From an uncultured Gemmatimonadales bacterium (GTDB lineage Bacteria; Gemmatimonadota; Gemmatimonadetes; Gemmatimonadales; GWC2-71-9), in NCBI GenBank assembly GCA_963739455.1, contig CAVUAK010000003.1, positions 96,001 through 160,000 of the forward strand: a stretch of 64,000 nucleotides of DNA. The letters are read 5' to 3'. Shown piece after piece: positions 41,099-50,744 of the stretch (within the stretch, counting starts at the first letter, position 1; the number at the start of each line of letters is the position of its first letter). The notes under the pieces were generated by a model. The model was not told the origin of the DNA. It searched no databases and worked only from the letters and a program-made list of their open reading frames with translations. The position numbers and the translations under genes were made by a program.

Positions 41099-41628
41099 AC
41101 GAGATTCCTGCGCTGGTCAGGGTGTTTTCCTACTTGTCACTGCTGACCATCGGTGGCGGCATGGCCGCCTTCCCCGCCCTCAAGAACGAGGTGGTGAACA
41201 TTCACCAATGGCTCAGCGAGGCCGCGCTGATCCACCTCTACAGCGTCGGGCAGATGGCGCCCGGACCCAACATGATGATGGTCGCGTCCATCGGCGAGAA
41301 GGTGGCGGGGCCGCTCGGGTCGCTGGTGGTGGTGCTGGCGTTCTTCGTGCCCACGGCGGCCATCACCTTTGCGGTGGGACGGCTGTGGAAGAAGCTCGAG
41401 GGGTGGGCCTGGCGGGACTCCATCAAGCATGGGCTGGGGCCGGTGTCGGTCGGGCTCGTGCTGGCCGGCTCGATCACGCTCGCACGTGGCGCCTTGTTCA
41501 ACTGGGTTGCAGCGGCCATCGCGGTCGCGGTGTTCGTGATCCTGATGCGCACCAGCCGGATCAACCCGGCGTTCCTCATGCTGGGTGGTGCGCTGATCGG
41601 TGTCGTCGCCTTCCGCGGCATGGCCTGA
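41095..41628 (+). CDS. Short-chain chromate-ion transporter (CHR family), subunit 2
   Basis: LLTIGGG, GQMAPGPN, GLGPVSVGL. ATGA overlap with subunit 1. Confidence 0.88.
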   Translation: MNEIPALVRVFSYLSLLTIGGGMAAFPALKNEVVNIHQWLSEAALIHLYSVGQMAPGPNMMMVASIGEKVAGPLGSLVVVLAFFVPTAAITFAVGRLWKKLEGWAWRDSIKHGLGPVSVGLVLAGSITLARGALFNWVAAAIAVAVFVILMRTSRINPAFLMLGGALIGVVAFRGMA

Positions 41629-41660
41629 CCTGACCCTGGGGGACCGTGCCGGAGGAGATC

Positions 41661-42206
41661 CTATGGCACGGTCTCGAAGCTTCCCACCCAGCTCGGCGGG
41701 ATGGGATTGTTCGGCCGCTCATCGTCCCAGACTGCGCCCGTAATCCACCACCGCTTGCCGTCCCAGAATGCCATCAGGTAGTTGATGCCCCTCCCGGTGA
41801 GCGGCCCGCCGTCCACGCGGCGGGTTTCGTACACGCTACGCACCTGCGCCACGTTGCCGAAGCGCTCGATGCGCGAACCGATCTCCGTCTCGAAGAACCC
41901 GTTCTTCACGAAGCTGGTGTTGGTCTTCTGCCGGTACTCCTCGACGCCCAGGATCGCATACACCGGCTTGCCATCCTTCTCATCCATCGCGACGAAGGTG
42001 GCCCCCTCCATGTAGAGCGTGCTGTCCCGCCGCCAGTCGCGCGGTGCTCCGGGGGGCCCGCTGATCACCTCGTAGAAGGCGCGCACGAGCGCAGGAATGG
42101 TGGCGACATCGGCCGGGCTTGCCACTGGAGCCTGCGCCCGCAGTACCGGTGCCGCAGCCAGCGACATCAGGACACCGAGGGTGACGACGCGTGTCTGGAG
42201 GGGCAC
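41661..42206 (-). CDS. Secreted NTF2/SnoaL-like hypothetical protein
   Basis: Signal peptide, DVATIPALVRAFYEVISGP..RDW, GFFETEI, RGINY..WDGKRWWI. Confidence 0.7.
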   Translation of the reverse strand: MPLQTRVVTLGVLMSLAAAPVLRAQAPVASPADVATIPALVRAFYEVISGPPGAPRDWRRDSTLYMEGATFVAMDEKDGKPVYAILGVEEYRQKTNTSFVKNGFFETEIGSRIERFGNVAQVRSVYETRRVDGGPLTGRGINYLMAFWDGKRWWITGAVWDDERPNNPIPPSWVGSFETVP

Positions 42207-42242
42207 CTGTCGCTCGCTGGTTGGGGGTTGGTAGCTTCTCGC

Positions 42243-43127
42243 ATGCCACGAATCGATCTTGTCCCGGCACTCACTGCGCTGCAGTCGCACCTGCTCTACG
42301 GCGGCGCCCTCATCGCAGTTTCCATTGCGCTCCTGGCTTTCGTCACCAGTGAGATTACCAGGAACTACAGCCAGATCGACAAGCTGTGGAGTATCGTGCC
42401 GCCGGTGTTCGCATGGTACTTCGCCGCCGCGTCGGGCTGGGAGCCGCGCCTGGTGCTCATGGCGCTGCTTGCCAGTGCCTGGGGTGCGCGACTCACCTTC
42501 AACTTCTGGCGCCGGGGTGGCTATTCGTGGCCACCATGGAGCGGCGTCGAGGACTACCGCTGGGCCGTGCTCCGCGCCAACCCGCTGCTCGCAGGTCCGT
42601 GGCGCTGGCGGCTGTTCAATTTCGGCTTCGTATCGCTGTACCAGGTCCTCCTGCTGCTGCTCATCACCTTGCCGGCGGTGGCGGCGGCTGGCGAGGCGCG
42701 CCAGCTGAATTTGCTCGACGCCGGGGCCGCCGCGCTCTTCATCGGCTTCCTGCTGCTCGAGACCGCGGCGGATCAGCAGCAGTACGACTTCCAGACCGAG
42801 AAGCACCGCCGCAGGCGCACTGGCGAGCCGCTTGACGCCGACATGGCGCGCGGCTTCCGCACGTCGGGCCTCTTCGCGCTGGCGCGGCACCCGAATTTCG
42901 CCGCCGAGCAGGCGATCTGGTGTGCCTTCTACCTGTTCGGCGTGGCCGCCACCGGGCGGTGGCTCAACTGGTCTGGTCTCGGTGCGGTGCTGCTCATCCT
43001 GCTGTTCCAGGGCAGCACGCAGTTCACGGAGAAGATTTCCCTCGGCAAGTACCCTGAGTACGCCGCCTATCGTGAGCGGGTGCCACGATTCCTGCCTCGC
43101 CCCTGGGCGCGGCGGCCCGTCTTCTAG
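42243..43127 (+). CDS. DUF1295 (steroid 5-alpha reductase-like) membrane protein
   Basis: NYSQIDKLWS, WGARLTFN, EDYRW, ADQQQYDFQ, GLFALARHPNF. Confidence 0.88.
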   Translation: MPRIDLVPALTALQSHLLYGGALIAVSIALLAFVTSEITRNYSQIDKLWSIVPPVFAWYFAAASGWEPRLVLMALLASAWGARLTFNFWRRGGYSWPPWSGVEDYRWAVLRANPLLAGPWRWRLFNFGFVSLYQVLLLLLITLPAVAAAGEARQLNLLDAGAAALFIGFLLLETAADQQQYDFQTEKHRRRRTGEPLDADMARGFRTSGLFALARHPNFAAEQAIWCAFYLFGVAATGRWLNWSGLGAVLLILLFQGSTQFTEKISLGKYPEYAAYRERVPRFLPRPWARRPVF

Positions 43128-45178
43128 CGCGGTGCGTCGCCCTTCACCCACCCCTGGTTACCGGGGTTGAGGTCGGGAAAGGCCCTCTCGGCGTCGATCT
43201 GGATTCGCATCACCTCCGGACTTCGCGGCACCCGACCCGTGATCGTCCGCCGTCCTGTCAGCCACTCCTCGGCTGGGATCGAGACGTGCACCGCACTTCC
43301 ATCCGCCCTTGTCACCGTGAGGTTGACTGGCATCGGTACCAGGCCACGATCCTCGATCGTGATCACCAACGAGTCGCCATCCTCCACCACGGAACTGATC
43401 GCCTGGTCCAGCGGCCACGCCTGGTAGAACCAGCTCACCCAGAACCAGGAGAGGTCACGCCTCGACACGTTGTCGAAGGTGTTGAAGAAGTCGGCGGGAT
43501 CAGGATGCCGCCCCGTCCATCGGCGCCCGTACTCGATCAGCGCGCGATGAAAGGTGGAGTCCCCCAGCACGCCGCGCAGTGCCGCCAGTACCTGCGCCGT
43601 CTTGTTGTAGTTGGATACCCAGTAGAGGTTGAGCGGGAAGAGGTCGCTCCAGGTCATGAGCGCGGCATCATTGCCGTTCTTCGCGGCGCGCGTATAGATC
43701 GCCCGCTGTCCCTGCTCCGTGTCGGCCGGGCGCCCGCCACTCCGCGGTTCTCCGTAGAGCATTCGCATCGCCTGTGCCGTGTTGAACTGCGTCAGGCCCT
43801 CGTCCATCCATGCGTGCCGAGTCTCGTTGGAGCCCACCTGCATCGGGAACCACATGTGCCCGGTCTCGTGCATCAGGTCGCCGGCCAGCGACAGCGTATC
43901 CGCCCACGGCTGCATGAGCGTCATCATCGGGTACTCCATGCCGCCGCTCGTGAGCACCCCTTCCATCGAGGTCATCTGTGGCCAGGGATAGGGCCAGAGG
44001 TACAGCGAGAGTTGCTCGATTGCATCGCGCGTGAAGCGGGCGCCCCCGAGCGGCCACGCCGCCGCTGCTGCGCTCACGCGGAAGAAGCTGTGAATCGCCA
44101 CCGTGTCGACGGTGCCACGCGCCTTGTTCGGCACGAGGGCGGAGGTCGCGTCCCACAGGTAGTGATTCCCGGTGCCCCAAGAAAAGTCGCGCACATTGCT
44201 CGCGCTGAAGTGCCAGGTCGACGTGGACCCCGTCGACACCAGGGCGTTGCCGGTGTTGAGGTCGGCTGCCGCAATGATATGTGCAACGTTGCGGCTGCCC
44301 CGGATCGCCTTCAGGCGCTCGATGGTCCTGGAGGTGAGCACGGAGGTCGAGTCGCGCAGCGTTCCGGTGGCACCGACCACCCAGCCCCGCGGCACCGTCA
44401 CGCGCACATCGTAGTCCGCCATGTCCATGTAGAACTCGGCGCCATTGATGTACGGATCGGTCACCCAGCCATTGATGTCGTCATACACTGCGACCTGCGG
44501 ATACCAGTAGCCGAGGAAGTAGACGTCGTCCTCGCGCCCCTGGCGCCCATCGGAGGGCGAGAGCGGCGGGGTGAACGACCATTCGAAGGCGAAGGTGGCA
44601 CTATCCCCCGGCATGATCGGCCGGGCGAGCCGGATCCACATGACGGTGCCTGAAACTTGATACGCCGCTGCACCGCTATCGGAATCGAGGGTGGCCGCAC
44701 TGAGAGTCAGGCCCTGCGCCTCCACCCGCCCCAGTGTCACACCCCTGGTGATCGGCACCGACTCGCGGCGGGGACTTCCGGGCGCGAAGAGATTCTGCCG
44801 GAGGTAGATCGGCACGGCGCGGAGCGTGTCCGGGGACCGATTCTGGTAGACCACCCGCTCGGTGCCCGAGAGTCGCTTCTTGCCGGGATCGAGCCGGGCG
44901 TCGATGTCGTAGCGGACGCGCTGGGTCCAGTTCGTGGCGCCTGGCTTGCCCGTGCGATCACGGGTGCCGCGCTCCACGGCGCGCGTGAAGTTGCGGGTCT
45001 CATACACCGGTCCGGGAATCGGGCGACCGCCCTTGGCGGTGGCCACCGGATCTTGCACCGGGGCAGGGCGGGTCTGTGCCGCGCACGGCTCGGTGATGAG
45101 TGTGCCACTGATGAGCATCGCGGCGACGGAGAGAATGCAACGCTTGTACGAAGCAACGGGCCACCATGCCTGCACCAT
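43124..45178 (-). CDS. Secreted M1-family metallopeptidase
   Basis: GGMEYPM, HETGHMWFPM, WMDEG. Confidence 0.9.
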   Translation of the reverse strand: MVQAWWPVASYKRCILSVAAMLISGTLITEPCAAQTRPAPVQDPVATAKGGRPIPGPVYETRNFTRAVERGTRDRTGKPGATNWTQRVRYDIDARLDPGKKRLSGTERVVYQNRSPDTLRAVPIYLRQNLFAPGSPRRESVPITRGVTLGRVEAQGLTLSAATLDSDSGAAAYQVSGTVMWIRLARPIMPGDSATFAFEWSFTPPLSPSDGRQGREDDVYFLGYWYPQVAVYDDINGWVTDPYINGAEFYMDMADYDVRVTVPRGWVVGATGTLRDSTSVLTSRTIERLKAIRGSRNVAHIIAAADLNTGNALVSTGSTSTWHFSASNVRDFSWGTGNHYLWDATSALVPNKARGTVDTVAIHSFFRVSAAAAAWPLGGARFTRDAIEQLSLYLWPYPWPQMTSMEGVLTSGGMEYPMMTLMQPWADTLSLAGDLMHETGHMWFPMQVGSNETRHAWMDEGLTQFNTAQAMRMLYGEPRSGGRPADTEQGQRAIYTRAAKNGNDAALMTWSDLFPLNLYWVSNYNKTAQVLAALRGVLGDSTFHRALIEYGRRWTGRHPDPADFFNTFDNVSRRDLSWFWVSWFYQAWPLDQAISSVVEDGDSLVITIEDRGLVPMPVNLTVTRADGSAVHVSIPAEEWLTGRRTITGRVPRSPEVMRIQIDAERAFPDLNPGNQGWVKGDAPR

Positions 45179-45186
45179 TCGCGGGG

Positions 45187-47025
45187 TCACTTGCTGAAGA
45201 GTGTGTCGTACTTGCCGGTGGCGAGCACGGAGTCGAATCGGCCGGCGATCTGTGCAACGAGAACGGTGTCGTTCGCCGGCGGCTTCATGGAGACCAGGAC
45301 ATAACCCGGGCCGGCGCTGTGGGCCACGTTCACCACGTTGCTCCCCACCTGGACCGGAGACTCGTACGCATCCGGATCGGCGGCGAGCCGCTCGCCCTTG
45401 AACTCGGCGACGATGAAGGCAACCAGTGCGTCTCGCAGGGAATCGGTCCCCTTTTCCAGGCGGTAGCTGCGGTCGCCGGCGGCATCCACCGAAAGCTGGC
45501 CATGGTAGGGTAGCGGGACGAAGGAACGGCGCTCCACCAGGCGGTCGACGCCATCGGCGCCGCGCTTCCACTCGAAGTGATGCGCCAGCCAGGAGGGATC
45601 CAGGGCCTCGAGGTCGCCGTAGCGCATCCGGGATCCATCGACCGGCAACGCATAGGTATGGTTGCCAATGAAATCGGTGACGAGGATGGCCGGTGCTTCC
45701 GGTGAATGACCGATGTACCCGAAGGCGGCGAAGCTGTGCTCGTCGGGTGACACGCCCAGCGGCGGTACGGAGCTTTCGTTGCTGGACGCCGAGTCGGGGG
45801 CGAATCGATGCACAGTGAGATTGCGCGTGTCGATCACGGCATTGCCCAGTACGTAAAGTCCCGGAAGAGTGTAGGTGGTACGGTCGATCTGGCCGCGGAC
45901 GACGGACCTCCCGCGTGCCGCTCGAAAGCGCGCATCGTCGGAAGTGAGTGGCGCGCCCTGCTCGCTCCGCAGCTCATCGATGAACTGGACCCTGGCCTGG
46001 TTGTTGGTGGCCGAGAGCAGATACCAGTAACCGACATTGCCCAGGGGGTCGGCGTGCACCAGGAATGCCGGCCGCGGTCCAGCGAGCAATGCCACGTCAT
46101 CGATGCGGTCGAAGCGGGTGATGCCGCTGCTGTCCTCGCTCGTGGCGCCCTCGACCACAACTGGTTGTCCGCCGAGCCGCAGGTCAAAGAGGGCGACGGC
46201 GGCGCTGATGCTGCTCCCGTCAACCTGCATGTCGAAGAAGCTGCTCGCCTTCGTGTCTACCTCCCACGCGCCGATCGTCTCCGTCCGGATCGGCTGGCTT
46301 ACCGGCTGCACCCGATAGCGGTACGTGTAGCGATTGATCGCCGGGGCACCGGCGCGCGCGGTCGGCAGCCAGTCACTCCATTCGAGGTTGCGTCGGCCTG
46401 GGAATGCCGGCAGCGGGACCAGGAACGCCTCGTGGTGCGTCTCACTGGAATCATCCAGCGACACCACCAGGAGCCGGCTCCCGCGGCTGGTGAAGACGCT
46501 CACGGCGCCGGGCGCCACCCATCGTCCGTCAACCAGGTGCGCGTCCTCCTTCCACAGCGGACCGCGCTCGGAGGCGCGCACGGTATGCGAGAACATCGGG
46601 ATGGAATGCAGTGTCAGTGAGGCATGACCCGGCTCGCTCGCGGGAGACCGAGCCTGATCCGCGGGCCACCGAACCTCGACCGCCAGGAACAGCGGCTCTC
46701 CGCCGATCTCCGGCGGCACGTCGGCGAGCAGGCGGAACACTCCGCCGCTCAGCGCTGCGGTCCCCACGACAATGGCAACCGATCGCCCCAGCGCCTTGAG
46801 AAATCCGGGATTCGCCCCTCCCGCCACGACGCGCGCGACGATGAGGCCGAACACGGTGCCCGCGACCAGGCAGATCAGGGCAATCATCAGGACGTAGAAG
46901 CCCGATTCGCCCTCGCGGCTCGAGATGCTATACCACTCCGTGCAGGCGGCGGCGACGAGACCGCCGGCCAGCATCGCGACGATACCGGTAAGCAGGGCAC
47001 TGAAGAGTGAGGCTGGCCAGGACAT
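45187..47025 (-). CDS. Hypothetical protein with 3 N-terminal TM helices and a large soluble domain
   Basis: 612-aa uninterrupted ORF, co-oriented with its neighbours; no motif recognised. Confidence 0.7.
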   Translation of the reverse strand: MSWPASLFSALLTGIVAMLAGGLVAAACTEWYSISSREGESGFYVLMIALICLVAGTVFGLIVARVVAGGANPGFLKALGRSVAIVVGTAALSGGVFRLLADVPPEIGGEPLFLAVEVRWPADQARSPASEPGHASLTLHSIPMFSHTVRASERGPLWKEDAHLVDGRWVAPGAVSVFTSRGSRLLVVSLDDSSETHHEAFLVPLPAFPGRRNLEWSDWLPTARAGAPAINRYTYRYRVQPVSQPIRTETIGAWEVDTKASSFFDMQVDGSSISAAVALFDLRLGGQPVVVEGATSEDSSGITRFDRIDDVALLAGPRPAFLVHADPLGNVGYWYLLSATNNQARVQFIDELRSEQGAPLTSDDARFRAARGRSVVRGQIDRTTYTLPGLYVLGNAVIDTRNLTVHRFAPDSASSNESSVPPLGVSPDEHSFAAFGYIGHSPEAPAILVTDFIGNHTYALPVDGSRMRYGDLEALDPSWLAHHFEWKRGADGVDRLVERRSFVPLPYHGQLSVDAAGDRSYRLEKGTDSLRDALVAFIVAEFKGERLAADPDAYESPVQVGSNVVNVAHSAGPGYVLVSMKPPANDTVLVAQIAGRFDSVLATGKYDTLFSK

Positions 47026-47036
47026 GTAGGACCGTG

Positions 47037-47540
47037 TCAGTGGGTGTCGTGCTCGAGGCCACTCTTGCGGATGAAGCTCTCGAGCCCATCCGCGGCGCGG
47101 CGCCGGATGGCGTTCTGTATCGGAGGTGACCAGCCGAGCAGCAGGCCTCGCCAGCCCAGCGCCTGCCCGGCCCAGGTGTAGAGGCTGAACTTGTCATCGT
47201 GACGGACGAAGTGGCCGTCGCGGAAATGAAAGAAGGCATCGATGCGGTTGTGTATCCGCCGCCCGGTGCCGGTGAACGGGTACTTCGCTTCCCAGTGGGC
47301 CGAACCGCGCGCGCTATCGGCCTCGATGCCGGAGACCTCGATCTCCAGCTCGGTGGCTCGCTCGCACAGCATCCGCCACATTGCCCCGATACGCCAGCCG
47401 GTCAGTTGCCCGAAGACGGGATCACGGAATGCGGCGTCGGGGGCATAGCAACCCGCCATGGTCCGGTGGTCACGCTGCTGGAACGCCGCGTAGAACGCGG
47501 CGATCAGCGCCGCATGCCTGGCCACAGGCTCGAGCGTCAA
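47037..47540 (-). CDS. SnoaL-like / NTF2 family protein
   Basis: FYAAFQQRD..CYAPDAAFRDPVFG..MWRML..HWEAKYPF. TTG start overlaps the upstream stop. Confidence 0.85.
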   Translation of the reverse strand: MTLEPVARHAALIAAFYAAFQQRDHRTMAGCYAPDAAFRDPVFGQLTGWRIGAMWRMLCERATELEIEVSGIEADSARGSAHWEAKYPFTGTGRRIHNRIDAFFHFRDGHFVRHDDKFSLYTWAGQALGWRGLLLGWSPPIQNAIRRRAADGLESFIRKSGLEHDTH

Positions 47541-47977
47541 TTCACCTTCCGGCTCGTGTAGATCTTGTTCACGATACGCCACTCTCCGCCCAGCTGCAGC
47601 ATGTTGAGATAATTCACGTAGATCGACGTGGGGTAGGTCTCCCTGACCTTCACCGAGGCGGCATTGCCCGTCACGTCCACCGAGAGGACCTCGAACGACC
47701 CTTTTTCTTCCTTCCCGGCGACGCTGGCGAACATGGCATACCACTCCGGCTGTGTCAGCTGGCCGATCGATCCATCCTTCTTGACGAACATGAGTCTCGC
47801 ATCAGGCCAGAACGCCGCCTCGAAATCCTTCACGTCGTTGAACCTGAGGCCGTGGAGGTAACGCTCGACCACCGCGCGCACCTGGTTCTCGGACGTGGTG
47901 GGCGTATCCTGCGCCTGGAGTGCCGGGGTGCAGGCAAGCATTGCCGCGGCAACGGACAGCGTGGCGAGCGCGCGCAT
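47537..47977 (-). CDS. Secreted NTF2-like (lumazine-binding-like) protein
   Basis: Signal peptide, AFWPDA, VDVTGNAASVK, GEWRIVNK. Confidence 0.8.
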   Translation of the reverse strand: MRALATLSVAAAMLACTPALQAQDTPTTSENQVRAVVERYLHGLRFNDVKDFEAAFWPDARLMFVKKDGSIGQLTQPEWYAMFASVAGKEEKGSFEVLSVDVTGNAASVKVRETYPTSIYVNYLNMLQLGGEWRIVNKIYTSRKVN

Positions 47978-48018
47978 GGTGGTCCTCGTATGGGAAGGGT
48001 GTCGGTGCTGATGCTCTC

Positions 48019-48288
48019 CTACGAGTCGCCGCCACCTTTCGTGTCGTCCCTCGAGGCCTCGAGTGCTCCCTCACGGCAGAGACCCTGCATGCGCGCGTCC
48101 GCGTAGGCGTCACAGCGGGCACACTCGAGCCGGGTACCGAGATGTGCCAGGCGCGACGCCTCCTTCAGGACCCACTCGCGCACTTGCCAGGGCGGGTCAT
48201 GCCGGACGTGCTGCGCGTGGCCACAGGCGAGCTCGGCAACCCAGTGCCCCTCGGCGTCCTGATGAAAGCCGGTGATCGGCTGCTGCAT
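48019..48288 (-). CDS. DUF3565-family small Cys/His protein
   Basis: ITGFHQDAEGHWVAELACGHAQHVRHDPPW..CARC. Confidence 0.82.
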   Translation of the reverse strand: MQQPITGFHQDAEGHWVAELACGHAQHVRHDPPWQVREWVLKEASRLAHLGTRLECARCDAYADARMQGLCREGALEASRDDTKGGGDS

Positions 48289-48298
48289 GTGCGTCAGC

Positions 48299-50734
48299 TC
48301 AACCCGGCTTCGCGGGTGCGATCGCCTGCCTGATCGCGTCCGCAACCGTGACGCGTCGCTCGACGGCGAGGCGCTGCTGCAGCGTTGCCTTCCCGGCCGG
48401 CCCGCCGACTCGGGCGAGCGTCTGCACGGCGCTCACCGCAAAGAGCGGGTCGGGGTCGCTGAGGTACTTCGTCGCCGTTTCGATGGCCGGTGTCTTGTCA
48501 TCGCGAGCTGAGAGATAGCGCAGCCCGGCCTGGCGGAGATTTCTCGGCTCCGACGGATTGGTGAGGGCGATGAGTGCCTGGATCACCGCCGCATCGGGTT
48601 GCTTCCTGACCTGGTAGGCGGCTTCCTGCCGCAGCCCTAGCGGCCAGCCCGGCGCCGTTCGCGAGATGAGCAATGCGCGGATCGCAGGGTCTGCTGGATC
48701 GAGCTCTGCTATGGCCCGCTCCTGCACCGCGGCATTGGGATCCGTCTCGAACATCGCGCGCGCCGCTGGGCGCGCGCCCGCCGAGTCGAGCGCTGCCCAC
48801 GCCTCGATCGCGGCGCCGCGCACGCCGCTCGCCGGGTCACGCGTTGCGGAGCGGATCAACGGGAGGTCGGTCACGTCATGGCGCGTGGCCAGCTGGTCCA
48901 TCGCCTCTTCCCGGAGCATCGACTCACGCTCGTTCAGCACGATGAAGCGGCGGGCGCTGTCGGCGGCCGGCGTGGCGTTGCTGTCGAGGGCGCGCAGGGC
49001 CCAGAGACGGGCACCGAATTCGAGGTCATGCATGGCCATGGCGCCGAGCTCGGCGGGCGTCTGGTCCGTCTTCACGGTGCCGAGCAGCCAGGCGCCTTCA
49101 TCAAAGCGGAATGAGAGCGGCTCCTGCGGCAACGGCAGCGCGAAGGTCTCCTGCTGCTTTGTCACCATGATCTCACGCCGCACCACCGAGTCGGCAGTGA
49201 TGATGCGGATCGTAACCGGAAACCGGAACAGCGGATGGGTCGCGTCGATCCTCTGCGTCTGGATGACGCTGACATGCAGCGAGCTCGTCGAGGGATCCCA
49301 GTGCCGCGTCACGCTGACCTTCGGGTAGCCGATGCCGTAGCACCACTGGTCGAAGAACCAGTCGAGGTCCATGTTCGCGGTGCGCTCGAAGGCAATCGCG
49401 AAATCCTCCGTCCGCACCGGCTTGTAGGCATTGTCGGTGAGGAAGCGCTGCATTCCCGCCCAGAACAGCGAGTCACCCAGGAGGCGCCGCAACTGGTGGG
49501 CAACCTGCGCGCCCTTGGGATAGATGTGGCCGGTGAAGAAGAGCTGGATGGGATCACCAGTGCTGTCCCCGAACACCAGTGGGCGCTCCTGCCGGAGGTC
49601 GGCACCCATCGCTTCCTGCTGCTGGTAGTACCATGAGCGCTGGCCGGCACTCCAGCCGCGGCTCTTCTCGTTCTGCACCGACTCCATGTAGGTGGTAAGA
49701 CCCTCGTTGACCCACGCATGCGACCAGGTCGCCGTGGTGGTGAGGTCGCCGAACCACTGGTGCGCCAGCTCATGGGCCACGAGGCCGCGACCGCTGTGCT
49801 CCGGCTCACCCTCGGCGCCGTGCAGCACGAGGTCCGTCTGCGTGGTGGCCGAGACGTTCTCCATGCCGCCATAGGTGAAGTCCGGTATCACCGCCTGGCT
49901 GTACTTGGGCCATGGATAGTTCACGCCCAGCACCTGCGAATAGATCTCGATCATCGATGGCGTCTCGCCGAACGTGCGCCATCCGGCGGGAACCGTGTCG
50001 GGCGCCACCCAGTAGTCCACCGGTCGGCCACGCCACTGGTCGCGGAGCACCGTGAAGGGCCCGATCACGACGGAATAGAGGTAGGTCGACGCGGGTCGCT
50101 GCTGCACCCAGTGCCACACGCTGCGCCCGTTGGGCGCGGGTGTCACCCCGGCAAGCGTCCCGTTGGAGAGCACCGACATCCCCGAGTCGGCGGTGACGAG
50201 GAACTCCCAGGTGGTCTTGTCGTTCGGCCAGTCGTACGTCGGTACCCAGCTCCGGGTCTCGATTGCCTCGCCCTGGGTCCAGACGACATGGCTCCGGGGC
50301 ACGAAGTAGAGTCCCCGCTCGGGCACGCCGGCATAGGCGAGGGAGAACTGCACCGTGTCGCCGGGAACCACGCGCTTCGGCAGTCGCACCGTCACGTGCG
50401 TCGTGTCGGCGAGGAAGCGGAGCTTCCGGCCCTTCGCGTCGGTGGCGCCGGTGATCGTCAGGTGGTCGGCGTCGAGTCGCACCGTGTCCGTTGCGGTCGT
50501 CGCGATGATGGTGGTCTGGACATCGCCATGGATCGCGAGGTGAGACCAGTCAACTTCAATCGCGATGCGCTGGTGGATCAGGTCGAACCGGCGCGGCCGT
50601 TCCTGAAGGGACACCGGCGGAGTGTACGCCCCGATGGACTGCGCAACCGAGGCGTGGGGCAGGAGCGTAAGGGCCGCCAGCACCACAAGGCGCCACAGCA
50701 GGGAAGCGGGGATGCACGGACGACTGCGCGGCAT
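48299..50734 (-). CDS. M1-family aminopeptidase with C-terminal HEAT-like repeats
   Basis: GGMENVS, HELAHQWFGD, WVNEG, YPKGA. Confidence 0.92.
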   Translation of the reverse strand: MPRSRPCIPASLLWRLVVLAALTLLPHASVAQSIGAYTPPVSLQERPRRFDLIHQRIAIEVDWSHLAIHGDVQTTIIATTATDTVRLDADHLTITGATDAKGRKLRFLADTTHVTVRLPKRVVPGDTVQFSLAYAGVPERGLYFVPRSHVVWTQGEAIETRSWVPTYDWPNDKTTWEFLVTADSGMSVLSNGTLAGVTPAPNGRSVWHWVQQRPASTYLYSVVIGPFTVLRDQWRGRPVDYWVAPDTVPAGWRTFGETPSMIEIYSQVLGVNYPWPKYSQAVIPDFTYGGMENVSATTQTDLVLHGAEGEPEHSGRGLVAHELAHQWFGDLTTTATWSHAWVNEGLTTYMESVQNEKSRGWSAGQRSWYYQQQEAMGADLRQERPLVFGDSTGDPIQLFFTGHIYPKGAQVAHQLRRLLGDSLFWAGMQRFLTDNAYKPVRTEDFAIAFERTANMDLDWFFDQWCYGIGYPKVSVTRHWDPSTSSLHVSVIQTQRIDATHPLFRFPVTIRIITADSVVRREIMVTKQQETFALPLPQEPLSFRFDEGAWLLGTVKTDQTPAELGAMAMHDLEFGARLWALRALDSNATPAADSARRFIVLNERESMLREEAMDQLATRHDVTDLPLIRSATRDPASGVRGAAIEAWAALDSAGARPAARAMFETDPNAAVQERAIAELDPADPAIRALLISRTAPGWPLGLRQEAAYQVRKQPDAAVIQALIALTNPSEPRNLRQAGLRYLSARDDKTPAIETATKYLSDPDPLFAVSAVQTLARVGGPAGKATLQQRLAVERRVTVADAIRQAIAPAKPG

Positions 50735-50744
50735 GAGGTGCTTT

